From positions 1 through 63,651 of the forward strand of contig JAUXRW010000038.1 in the NCBI GenBank assembly GCA_030681555.1: 63,651 bases of DNA. The letters run 5' to 3'. Made by a program: the position numbers and the translations under genes. The stretch's first letter is position 1. Every line of letters starts with the position of its first letter. Positions 19,249 to 28,060 of the stretch are shown piece after piece. This DNA is from Acidimicrobiales bacterium (GTDB taxonomy: Bacteria; Actinomycetota; Acidimicrobiia; Acidimicrobiales; VFJN01). The notes under the pieces are model-generated. The model did no database searches. It saw nothing but the letters and a program-made list of their open reading frames with translations, and had not been told where the DNA came from.

Positions 19249-21057
19249 ATGGTCAACCCGGTCCTACGTCGATACACGCCGGTCATCATCTTCTTGGTGG
19301 CGCAGCTCCTCATCGTCGCGATGGTGCCTGTCGACGACGACGAGCTGTCCGCCAGCTCCAGCGTTACTTCCGGCTCGGGGCTCGTAGCTCAGCCCGGCGA
19401 CTCGGTCGTCGGTTCGGACGGCCAGCCGCTGTCGAGCGACGACGCGAGCCTCGTCGCCGGTACGAACGGCGAGGCTGCGCCCAGCGGCTCCGGCGGTGCG
19501 CAGGCGCTGCCCAGCGGGGCAGGGATCAAGCCGGCGCCTGGCGTCCAGGGCCTGGTGTCGGGTCTGAACGCTGCTGAAGAGGGCGTGTGGCCCTGGACGA
19601 ACCCTTGGCTCCTCGAGGGCGACCGGAGCAAGTGCGGCCCCGGCGGGCAGCTCCAGGACGAGGTGCTGGTGTTCTCGATCCCCTGCGTGCCTGCCTACAC
19701 GGGCGACAACGGCGGTGCGACCTACTCCGGCGTCACGGAGGACGAGATCCGGCTCGTGATGATCGTCCCCAAGGCCAACCCCGCCATCGTCGCCGCGCTG
19801 TCAGGCGTCGGCCTGTGGGCCACCCCTGAGCAGTGGGACGCCGGGGGCAAGGCCTTCGCCAAGTTCTTCAACGAGCACTACAACTTCTACGGCCGCCGCA
19901 TCAAGGCCTACACCCACCTGGCCGAGTGCGAGGGCGGCCCCTTCGGCGGCGGCGGCGGCTCCACCGACCTGGCCTGCTGGCGAGAGCAGGCCAGGATCAT
20001 CCAGGCCAAGTACAAGCCCTTCGTGACCTTCTTCACCTCCCCCCATCCTGCCGAGGTGTTCGACGAGCTGAGCCGGCTCAAGATCCTGAACGTGGGCGGC
20101 TGGCTGTACGACGCCGGCTTCAGCAAGGACCGGGCGCCCTACCACTGGGACCTGTTCACCGACGGCTCCCGCACGGCGGCCAACGTTGCCAACTACTGGT
20201 GCAACCGCATGGTCGGGCAGAAGGCGTCCCGAGCCGGCGACCCGGGCCTTAAGGACAAGGTCCGCAAGCTCGCCATCGTCACCCCGGAGTACCCCTTCTA
20301 CGTGTCGGCGGCGAAGTTCCTGGCCGAGCAGGTCTCGGGCGGCCAGTGCGGCGCCGGGGGCGACGTGCCGAAGGTCTACCAGTACTCCCAGTCGGACCTG
20401 GCCAAGGCGCAGGAGCAGATGACGCTCATCGCCACGCAGATCAAACAGGACCAGGCCACCACCGTCACCTGCCTCTGCGACCTTCTCGCTCCGGTGTACC
20501 TAACCAGCGAGCTCGACAACCAGCAGTGGTTCCCCGAGCACCTCCTGGCCCTGCAGGAGGGTGCCGACCACGACTACCCGGCCCGGCTCTACAGCCCCCG
20601 CCAGTGGGACAACGCCTTCGGACCCAGCCCCCGGCCGATGGAGATCCCCAAAGAGCAGCAGGACGACTACGTGATGTGGAAGATGGCCGGCAACACGTCC
20701 GAGCCTCCCTACGTGCTCACGGTCGTACAGATGTACTACCACCTCATCGCAGCGATGCTGCAGTGGGCCGGCCCCAACCTCACGCCCGAAACCGTGCAGC
20801 GGGGCGCCTTCAGCCTCTCCCAGCTCGGCGGGTTCGGGGGCGAGGCGCCCTGGCCCGGCTGGCAGGGCAACGATCCCCGGGTGCAGCTGTGGACCTTCGG
20901 CCCTGACGACTACACGGCCAACGACGACACCAAGGAGGTGTACTTCTCGTCCTCGGCGCGATCCCGCATCGACGACCAGCCCGGGACCTACATCTGCGCC
21001 AGGGACTGCGCTCGCACGCCCATTGCGGGCTGGTCGAAGGGCGCGCCGCTCCAGTGA
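19249..21057 (+). CDS. LIV/HAAT-type ABC substrate-binding protein (atypical, membrane-anchored)
   Basis: 602 aa; N-terminal TM without lipobox; GDNGGATYSGVTEDEIR, YGRRI; precedes the fused transporter. Confidence 0.8.
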   Translation: MVNPVLRRYTPVIIFLVAQLLIVAMVPVDDDELSASSSVTSGSGLVAQPGDSVVGSDGQPLSSDDASLVAGTNGEAAPSGSGGAQALPSGAGIKPAPGVQGLVSGLNAAEEGVWPWTNPWLLEGDRSKCGPGGQLQDEVLVFSIPCVPAYTGDNGGATYSGVTEDEIRLVMIVPKANPAIVAALSGVGLWATPEQWDAGGKAFAKFFNEHYNFYGRRIKAYTHLAECEGGPFGGGGGSTDLACWREQARIIQAKYKPFVTFFTSPHPAEVFDELSRLKILNVGGWLYDAGFSKDRAPYHWDLFTDGSRTAANVANYWCNRMVGQKASRAGDPGLKDKVRKLAIVTPEYPFYVSAAKFLAEQVSGGQCGAGGDVPKVYQYSQSDLAKAQEQMTLIATQIKQDQATTVTCLCDLLAPVYLTSELDNQQWFPEHLLALQEGADHDYPARLYSPRQWDNAFGPSPRPMEIPKEQQDDYVMWKMAGNTSEPPYVLTVVQMYYHLIAAMLQWAGPNLTPETVQRGAFSLSQLGGFGGEAPWPGWQGNDPRVQLWTFGPDDYTANDDTKEVYFSSSARSRIDDQPGTYICARDCARTPIAGWSKGAPLQ

Positions 21058-24000
21058 CCTCGCCCTCAGGCGCGTGGGTGGCTCGGCTGCGCACGGATCC
21101 CCGGCTCGGTCCCGTCCGGATGGCGGGCGCCACCCTCGCAGTGATCTTGGCGCTCCGGCTCGCCTTCCGACCCGGGGCCCCCCCGGGCGTGTTCCTCAAC
21201 GGCGCCATCGTCGGCGGCCTGTACGGGCTGATCGCGATGGGGCTCATCCTGATCTACAAGTCCGACCGCATCATCAGCTTCGCCCAGGCAGGTCTCGGCG
21301 CCTTCCCAGCGGTCCTGGCGCTGAACCTGTACATCCAGCGCGACTGGCCCTTTGCCCTGTGCCTGGTACTGGCTCTGGCCGGGTCCTTCGCCATCGGCGC
21401 CCTCGCCCAGCGCCTCATCATCCGCCGCTTCGCCTCCTCCCCACGCCTGATCCTCACCGTGGCCACGATCGGGCTGGCCCAGCTCCTGGCCTTCGCGGAG
21501 TTCATGAGCCCCACCTGGATCGGCGGTGAGGTGACCCCCACCGGGGCCGTGCGCACGCCGGTGAGCGGGATCACTGCGGACATCGGGGGCATCGTGTTCC
21601 GTGGCGACCACCTTGCTGCGGTCGTCGTCGTGGTCCTTGCCGCCCTCGGCCTGGGATGGTTCCTGAACGGGACCCGGGTGGGTGTGGCGGTCCGTGCGGT
21701 GGCCGAGAACCGTGACCGGGCCCAGCTCGCCGGCGTGCCCGTGGCCCGCCTCGGCACCATCGTATGGGGGGTGGCTGGGTTGCTCTCGGGCATCGGCGTG
21801 TTCTTCCGGGCGCCGATCACAGGGCTGCCACTCGGAAGCCTCATCGGGCCACAGGTGCTCCTGTTCGCCCTCGCAGCCGCGGTCATTGCTCGCATGGAAC
21901 GACTGGGCGTAGCCCTGCTGGCCGGCGCACTCCTGGGCATGTTCGACCAGGCGGCGTTCTACTCGACGCGCACGGCGAGCATCTCCACCGCTCTGCTCCT
22001 GCCCATCGTGCTCGCTGCCCTTTTGGTGCAGCGCCGTCACCTGTCCCGGGCGGCGGACTCCGGTAGCGCCACCTGGCAGGCGGTGCGACCCCTGCGCACG
22101 CTGCCTCCACTGGTCCGCCGCCTGCCCGAGGTGCGGGTGGCCCGCGGTCTCGGCGCGGGGCTCTTCGCCGCCCTCCTCCTGGGTGCGCCCTTCCTCGTCG
22201 ACGAGCTCCGCCGCAACGACCTCTCCCAGGTGCTCCTCTTCGGAGTCATCGCCGTCTCACTCGTGGTCCTCACGGGCTGGACCGGCCAGATCAGCCTCGG
22301 CCAGTTCGCCTTCACCGGCGTCGGCTCAGCGGTGGCCGGCGGCCTGGCGGGCAAGGCCGGCGCGGACTTCTTCGTCGCCCTCCTCCTCGGCGGCCTGGCC
22401 GGGGCGGCGCTGTCCATGGTCGTAGGCATCCCCGCGCTACGCGTCAAGGGCTTCTTCTTAGCCCTGACCACGTTGGCCTTTGCCGCCTCGACGCAGGCCT
22501 ACGTGCTCAACCGGGAGCACTTCTCATGGCTGCTCCCCGAGATCGGCGACGCCATCGATCGCCCCAAGCTGTGGGGCGTGCTCGACCTGCGATCCGATTC
22601 CTCCTACTACTTCACCTGCCTCGCCCTGCTGCTGCTCGCGGTCGCCGGCGCCCGCAACCTCCGTCGGTCGCGCGCCGGTCGGGCCCTGGTGGCCACCCGT
22701 GACAACGAGCGAGCAGCGCAGAGCTACGGCATCAACCTCGCACGCGCCCGCCTCGGCGCCTTCGCCATCGCCGGATTCCTGGCCGGGAGCGCGGGCGCTC
22801 TCTACGTGTACCTCTACGAGGCAGTCGACCCGGAGAGCTTCGGCTCGAGCCGGAGCATCGACGTGTTCGCCATGGCGGTGATCGGAGGGCTCGGCTCGAT
22901 CGGAGGCGGCTTGGCGGGGGCCGTCTACGTCGTCGGCATCAAGGAGTTCCTCCCGCGCTACGAGCTGTTGGCTTCGGGCGGCGGGCTCCTCCTGCTGCTC
23001 ATGTTCCTCCCCGGCGGGCTGGCCGAGGTGGGCGTGCGCCTGCGCGACGCCTTCGTGAAGCTCGTCGCCCGCCGCCACGGGCTCGACGAACGAGCGTTGA
23101 AGTGGGGGGTGGAGGACGAGGGCGCAGTCACCGTGCTCGATTCGCACGCCTCCACCGACCCGGCCCCTGTCGTGGTAGGAGCTTCCTCCGCCGACGACGC
23201 CACCCTTCTGTGCCGCGGCGTCGATGCCGGCTATGACCGGGTGCAGGTGCTCTACGGGATCGACCTCGAGGTGCACCGCGGGGAGATCGTGGCGCTACTG
23301 GGCACGAACGGCGCCGGGAAGAGCACGCTCCTGCGCACCATCTGCGGTCTCCAGCCGGCCACCGCCGGGTCGGTGCGGTTCCGGGGCGAGGAGATCGTCG
23401 GCACCTCGGCGAGCGACATCGCCCGCCAGGGCCTCGTCTACATGCCCGGAGGTCGCGGTGTGTTCCCCACGCTCAGCGTGGAGGAGAACCTGCAGGTAGC
23501 CACCTGGCTCCTCTCGCCCGAGGAGGCCGAGGGTGCGGTGGAACGGGCTCTGGAGCAGTTTCCCCGCCTGCAGGAACGGATCGGCCAGATGGCCGGCAAC
23601 CTCTCCGGCGGTGAGCAGCAGATGCTCTCGCTGGCGATGGCGTTCGTCATGGTCCCCGATCTGCTCGTGATCGACGAGCTGTCGCTGGGGCTGGCGCCCG
23701 TCGTGGTGGGCCAGCTGGTGGAGTTCGTCAAAGCGATGAACCGCGCCGGGACGACGGTGCTCATCGTCGAGCAGTCCGTCAACCTGGCCCTCACCCTGGC
23801 TGATCGGGCCTACTTCATGGAGAAGGGCCAGGTGCGGTTCACGGGACCGACAGCTGAGCTCCTCGAGCGCGGCGACCTCCTGCGGGCCGTGATGCTACGG
23901 GGGGGACCCGACACGCCCGAGCCCTCACCCGAGCCGGTGCCCGAAGCCATCCCGGCCGCATCTCGCCGGCCGATCGTGGCGACACCGGCCTCTCCGGCGG

Positions 24001-25121
24001 CTCCTGACGTCTCGCCCGAGGGGGCGGGCGGCAGCGAGCCTGCCCACACCGGTCCGCTCCTCTCCCTCACCGACGTGCGGAAGCGCTTCGGGGGGGTCAC
24101 CGCTGTCGCCGGTGCCACCTTCGAGGTCCACCCCGGCGAGGTCCTCGGCATCATCGGTCCGAACGGCGCCGGCAAGACCACGACGTTCGACCTCATCTCG
24201 GGCTTCCTCCAGCCCGACGCCGGACAGATCCAGTTCCTCGGGGAGGACATCACGGGCCGCGCCCCCGACGTGCGAGCCCGCGCTGGGCTGGGCCGACTGT
24301 TCCAGGACTCGCTCCTGTTCCCGTCGATGACCGTCACCGAGAACCTGGCGGTGGCGTTCGAGCGCCACATCCCCATCCACGACGACCTGGCCGCCCTGCT
24401 CGGCCTGCCGGAGGTCCGCCGGGCCGAGGGCGACATTGCCTGGTCGGTCCACGACCTCCTGGAGCTCTTCGACCTGGGTCTCGTGCGCGACCTGTTGGCA
24501 GGAGAGCTCTCCACCGGCACGCGGCGCGTCGTCGACCTCGCCATGGCCGTGGCCCACGCCCCCGCAGTCCTTCTGCTTGACGAGCCGTCCTCGGGGCTGG
24601 CCCAGCGCGAGACGGAGGCCTTGACCCCCATGCTGCGCCGCATCCAACGCGAGACAGGTGCGGCGATGGTGATCATCGAGCACGACATGAGCCTCATCAC
24701 CGAGGTGTCCGATCGGATGCTGGCCCTCGAGGTCGGCGTGGTAATCGCGCAGGGTTCGCCGTCTGAGGTCGTGTCCCATCCGCGGGTGGTGTCGTCCTAT
24801 CTGGGTGGCGACGACGCCGCCATCGGCCGCTCCGGCCCGCCACGGCGATCCACCGCACGTCGGGCGCCGGAGCCAGGCAACGGCACGGCGCCGGGAGGAC
24901 GGTCGGGGAAGGCCCCGGCCGAGCCGGGGCCCCAGCGGGCTGCGACGGCGAAGGCGTCGGCAACCGCCGCGAAGGCGAAGCCCAAGGCGGCTGCGACGCC
25001 CAACGGGTCGGGCGCCGATAACGCCAAGGCGAGCGGGGCCGGCATCCCCCGACGCGCGGCCCGATCACGTGACGAGACGCTCACCGCTGCGGGTTCGCGG
25101 CGGACGACGACGAAAGGATGA
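21054..25121 (+). CDS. Single-chain LIV-type ABC transporter (LivH-LivM-LivF-LivG fusion)
   Basis: 1355 aa; NFAQ-type LivH and GQISLGQ LivM TMDs; NBD1 GTNGAGKS/LSGGEQQM/DELSLGLAP; NBD2 GPNGAGKT/LSTG/DEPSSGL/EHDM. Confidence 0.92.
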   Translation: MTSPSGAWVARLRTDPRLGPVRMAGATLAVILALRLAFRPGAPPGVFLNGAIVGGLYGLIAMGLILIYKSDRIISFAQAGLGAFPAVLALNLYIQRDWPFALCLVLALAGSFAIGALAQRLIIRRFASSPRLILTVATIGLAQLLAFAEFMSPTWIGGEVTPTGAVRTPVSGITADIGGIVFRGDHLAAVVVVVLAALGLGWFLNGTRVGVAVRAVAENRDRAQLAGVPVARLGTIVWGVAGLLSGIGVFFRAPITGLPLGSLIGPQVLLFALAAAVIARMERLGVALLAGALLGMFDQAAFYSTRTASISTALLLPIVLAALLVQRRHLSRAADSGSATWQAVRPLRTLPPLVRRLPEVRVARGLGAGLFAALLLGAPFLVDELRRNDLSQVLLFGVIAVSLVVLTGWTGQISLGQFAFTGVGSAVAGGLAGKAGADFFVALLLGGLAGAALSMVVGIPALRVKGFFLALTTLAFAASTQAYVLNREHFSWLLPEIGDAIDRPKLWGVLDLRSDSSYYFTCLALLLLAVAGARNLRRSRAGRALVATRDNERAAQSYGINLARARLGAFAIAGFLAGSAGALYVYLYEAVDPESFGSSRSIDVFAMAVIGGLGSIGGGLAGAVYVVGIKEFLPRYELLASGGGLLLLLMFLPGGLAEVGVRLRDAFVKLVARRHGLDERALKWGVEDEGAVTVLDSHASTDPAPVVVGASSADDATLLCRGVDAGYDRVQVLYGIDLEVHRGEIVALLGTNGAGKSTLLRTICGLQPATAGSVRFRGEEIVGTSASDIARQGLVYMPGGRGVFPTLSVEENLQVATWLLSPEEAEGAVERALEQFPRLQERIGQMAGNLSGGEQQMLSLAMAFVMVPDLLVIDELSLGLAPVVVGQLVEFVKAMNRAGTTVLIVEQSVNLALTLADRAYFMEKGQVRFTGPTAELLERGDLLRAVMLRGGPDTPEPSPEPVPEAIPAASRRPIVATPASPAAPDVSPEGAGGSEPAHTGPLLSLTDVRKRFGGVTAVAGATFEVHPGEVLGIIGPNGAGKTTTFDLISGFLQPDAGQIQFLGEDITGRAPDVRARAGLGRLFQDSLLFPSMTVTENLAVAFERHIPIHDDLAALLGLPEVRRAEGDIAWSVHDLLELFDLGLVRDLLAGELSTGTRRVVDLAMAVAHAPAVLLLDEPSSGLAQRETEALTPMLRRIQRETGAAMVIIEHDMSLITEVSDRMLALEVGVVIAQGSPSEVVSHPRVVSSYLGGDDAAIGRSGPPRRSTARRAPEPGNGTAPGGRSGKAPAEPGPQRAATAKASATAAKAKPKAAATPNGSGADNAKASGAGIPRRAARSRDETLTAAGSRRTTTKG

Positions 25122-26206
25122 GCATGATGGGCAAGTTCGGACGAGGTCCCGGTCGGCTCGGCGCGGGGCTGGCGGCGGCGGCCTTCGCCGTGCTTGTCGT
25201 CACCCCCACGGCGGCGGCGGCTCCACGACAGGAAGATCCACCGGTGACGCTGCCTCCGCCGCCCGTCACGGTGCAGCAGGTGATCAACGAGCTGCTCCCG
25301 CTGATCCGCCAGCTCGATCCGCTGACCCAGCAGGTAGGGCCGGTGCTCGCCCAGCTCGACGGGCTCTTCGTCGCCGGAGGTGAGTTCGCGACCCAGTTCG
25401 CCGCCCTCGGTCAGCAGCTCGATCCGATCCTGTCCACCGCAGGGACCCCGATCGGCTCGCTGGGCGCGGCCCTGGAACCGCTGTTCGTCACCATCGACGA
25501 GCAGGTGTCCCCTCAATTGCAGGACCTGCTCGCGCTCCTCGGGCCCTACGTCAACCAGGTCGATCTCGCCACGGCGTTCCAGCTCATCGGGCCGCTCGCG
25601 CCGAGCGCCCTCAAGGTCATCCCCACGCTGAACAAGTTCTATGACGGCGTGGATGCGATCACGGGCCCGGTCACCTACCCGATCACCTGCCCGCTGGCCC
25701 GCGCCGTTCCCCAGCAGAAGCTGCTCGATATCGTCGTTCCCTTCCTGTGCTACGACACGCTGGCGGCGGTCGGCCAGATCTCCGATGGCGCGCCCGCCGA
25801 CCCGCTCCCACCCGCCGACATGCCCCCCAGCGATTCGGTGGAGGTGCCGGGAAACGATCCCGTCGCCGATCCCGTCGATCCCCTCACTGACCCCGTCGTT
25901 GATCCATCGGCGCTGACCTCGGGAGGGTCCTCGCTGGATGCCTTGCCCCCCCTGGCCTCGACGCCCACGGCATCGAGCAACAGCGTGCCAAGAGCGTCGG
26001 GTACGGCGGCCGAACCCCTCGCGACGCTCAACGCGAGCGACGCGCAGGTGGAAGCGCTCGAGGACCGCATGCGGCTCATGGCCATCCTCGCCGTCGCCAT
26101 CGGCGCTCTCCTGTGGAGCGCGTTCCGCGCCCCCGCGGATGACGGGAGGGGTGGGCTCGGGGCGTTCCGCAAGTCCCGTGCTGAGCCACCGCCAACGCTG
26201 AGCTGA
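25118..26206 (+). CDS. Secreted, C-terminally anchored helical protein (unknown)
   Basis: Signal peptide AAAAP, amphipathic helical repeats, Pro/Asp linker, TM LMAILAVAIGALLW, short tail. Confidence 0.75.
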   Translation: MSMMGKFGRGPGRLGAGLAAAAFAVLVVTPTAAAAPRQEDPPVTLPPPPVTVQQVINELLPLIRQLDPLTQQVGPVLAQLDGLFVAGGEFATQFAALGQQLDPILSTAGTPIGSLGAALEPLFVTIDEQVSPQLQDLLALLGPYVNQVDLATAFQLIGPLAPSALKVIPTLNKFYDGVDAITGPVTYPITCPLARAVPQQKLLDIVVPFLCYDTLAAVGQISDGAPADPLPPADMPPSDSVEVPGNDPVADPVDPLTDPVVDPSALTSGGSSLDALPPLASTPTASSNSVPRASGTAAEPLATLNASDAQVEALEDRMRLMAILAVAIGALLWSAFRAPADDGRGGLGAFRKSRAEPPPTLS

Positions 26207-26245
26207 CCGTCCGTCCCGCCATCCCACGTCCCATCGGAGATCCCT

Positions 26246-27622
26246 TTGAGCACTCCCGCCCGTTCGCTTGGCCCTGCCCCCGCGAGCCTGCTCCTGCCCA
26301 AGTCCCGGCTGCGCAAGCGCCGAGCGGCGCGGATCGTGTGGACCGGTGTCCGCCACTCGGCGGTGTTCGGCGGACGCGTGATCCGGCGCCCCCGTAACGG
26401 TGTGGCCGCTCCCGGGGCATCGGAGATGCGGCGCGCCTTCGAGAACCTCGGCCCGACCTTCGTGAAGTTCGGTCAGGTCATCGCCTCGTCGCCGGCGTTC
26501 CCGGTGTCCCTGGTCCAGGAGTTCGAGCGGTGCCTCGACCAGGTACGCCCTGAGCCGATCGAGGCCGTGCGCCGGACGATCGAGGAGTCGATCGGTGATG
26601 TCGAGGAGCACTACGCCCGCGTCGACTGGACCCCGGTGGCCGCGGGTTCGATCGCACAGGTCTTCCGGGCCTGGGGCCACGACGGTGAGGCTCTCGTCAT
26701 CAAGGTGCAGAGACGCAACCTGCAGGAGGTGCTGCGCAACGACGTGCGGATGCTGCACCTCGGCGCACGCGCGATCTCCCGTGTCGTCCCATCGCTCCGG
26801 TCGATCAACCCTGTCGGCGTCGTCGAGGACTTCGCCGCCACGCTGGCCCAGGAGCTGAGCTTCGTCGAGGAGGCCAGGCAGATGGAGGTCCTGGCCGCCT
26901 CCCTGGAGGGCTGGCCGGTGCGTGTCCCCGAGGTCCGCTGGGACCGTACGACGGAGAAGGTCCTCACCATGACTCACCTCGAGGGCGTCAAGATCTCCGA
27001 CCTCGACGGCCTCGACCGCTACGGCGTCGACCGATCCAAGCTCGTCGACGTGGTTTTCGGCCTGCTGCTCTACACGGCGTGCCGCCACGGGATGTTCCAC
27101 GGTGACATGCACGCGGGGAACATCATCGTGCAGCCCGACGGGAAGGTCGCACTCATCGACTTCGGCATCGTGGGTCGGCTTCCGGGCCAGCTCCGCCTGC
27201 AGGTCTCCGAACTGCTCCAGTGCCTGTTCGAGGAGCGCTGGGATCGGCTGGCGCCCCTCTGCTTCGAGATGGCCGACATGGACGACGTGGACCTGGAGGG
27301 AGCGATCGGCGACCTCACCCAGGTGGCGGAGAAGTACCTGGCAATGCCCCTCCACGAGATGCCCCTCGCCGAGATGGTCGGCGACATCCTTCAGCGCTGC
27401 AACAAGTACGGGTTCGTGATGCCCTCAGACGTGATCTTGTTCTTCAAGAGCCTCATGTACCTCGATGGGCTGGGAATCCGGATCCACCCGGGCTATGAGG
27501 TGCTCAACCCCGAGCACGGCCTCGCGTTGCGGCCCTTCCTTGCGCCGGAGACCGGCGGGAGCCCCCAGGGCGTGGAGCCCACCTATGGCTACGAGAGCGT
27601 TCTGCAACTTGTCGATAACTGA
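26246..27622 (+). CDS. ABC1/UbiB/AarF-family atypical kinase/ATPase
   Basis: LGPTFVKFGQ, AGSIAQV, VIKVQR, FHGDMHAGN, DFG. Confidence 0.92.
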   Translation: MSTPARSLGPAPASLLLPKSRLRKRRAARIVWTGVRHSAVFGGRVIRRPRNGVAAPGASEMRRAFENLGPTFVKFGQVIASSPAFPVSLVQEFERCLDQVRPEPIEAVRRTIEESIGDVEEHYARVDWTPVAAGSIAQVFRAWGHDGEALVIKVQRRNLQEVLRNDVRMLHLGARAISRVVPSLRSINPVGVVEDFAATLAQELSFVEEARQMEVLAASLEGWPVRVPEVRWDRTTEKVLTMTHLEGVKISDLDGLDRYGVDRSKLVDVVFGLLLYTACRHGMFHGDMHAGNIIVQPDGKVALIDFGIVGRLPGQLRLQVSELLQCLFEERWDRLAPLCFEMADMDDVDLEGAIGDLTQVAEKYLAMPLHEMPLAEMVGDILQRCNKYGFVMPSDVILFFKSLMYLDGLGIRIHPGYEVLNPEHGLALRPFLAPETGGSPQGVEPTYGYESVLQLVDN

Positions 27623-27637
27623 TTGATCGATTAGTAT
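27609..27637 (+). promoter_or_regulatory. Putative promoter with a palindromic operator in the spacer
   Basis: TTGTCG-17 nt-TAGTAT; near-palindrome ACTGATTGATCGATTAGT. Confidence 0.55.
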
Positions 27638-27687
27638 GTGCCGTCTTCTGGTGACGCCGGTCACATCTAGGGAGAGAGGGAGGGAGC

Positions 27688-27993
27688 GTGCCCACCGTTC
27701 GGGTCGAACCCGCCGGACTGGAGTTCGAGGTGGGGGCCGCGGAGACCATGATGGAGGCGGCACTGCGCCACGGCTATCGATGGCCCACGATCTGCGGGGG
27801 CCGGGGGCAATGCCGTGCATGTTTCGTCGAGGTGCTCGACGGGGGTGACCAGTTCGGCCCGATCGGGAGATGCGAGGCTGAGGGGATCCAGATCCTTGCC
27901 GAGAGCGGTGAGGATCCGGCAGCTGTGCGGCTGGCCTGTCAGGCCAGCGTCCGCGGTTCGGTGACGGTGCGCAAGCGAGGTGTTCGTAGGTGA
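27688..27993 (+). CDS. [2Fe-2S] ferredoxin
   Basis: CGGRGQCRAC...RLACQ. Confidence 0.9.
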   Translation: MPTVRVEPAGLEFEVGAAETMMEAALRHGYRWPTICGGRGQCRACFVEVLDGGDQFGPIGRCEAEGIQILAESGEDPAAVRLACQASVRGSVTVRKRGVRR

Positions 27994-28060
27994 CACGACG
28001 CCGCAGGCGGCGTGGTGGATGGACGTGGATCCAGCTGAATGGGAGAGGGAGAGCAACCTG

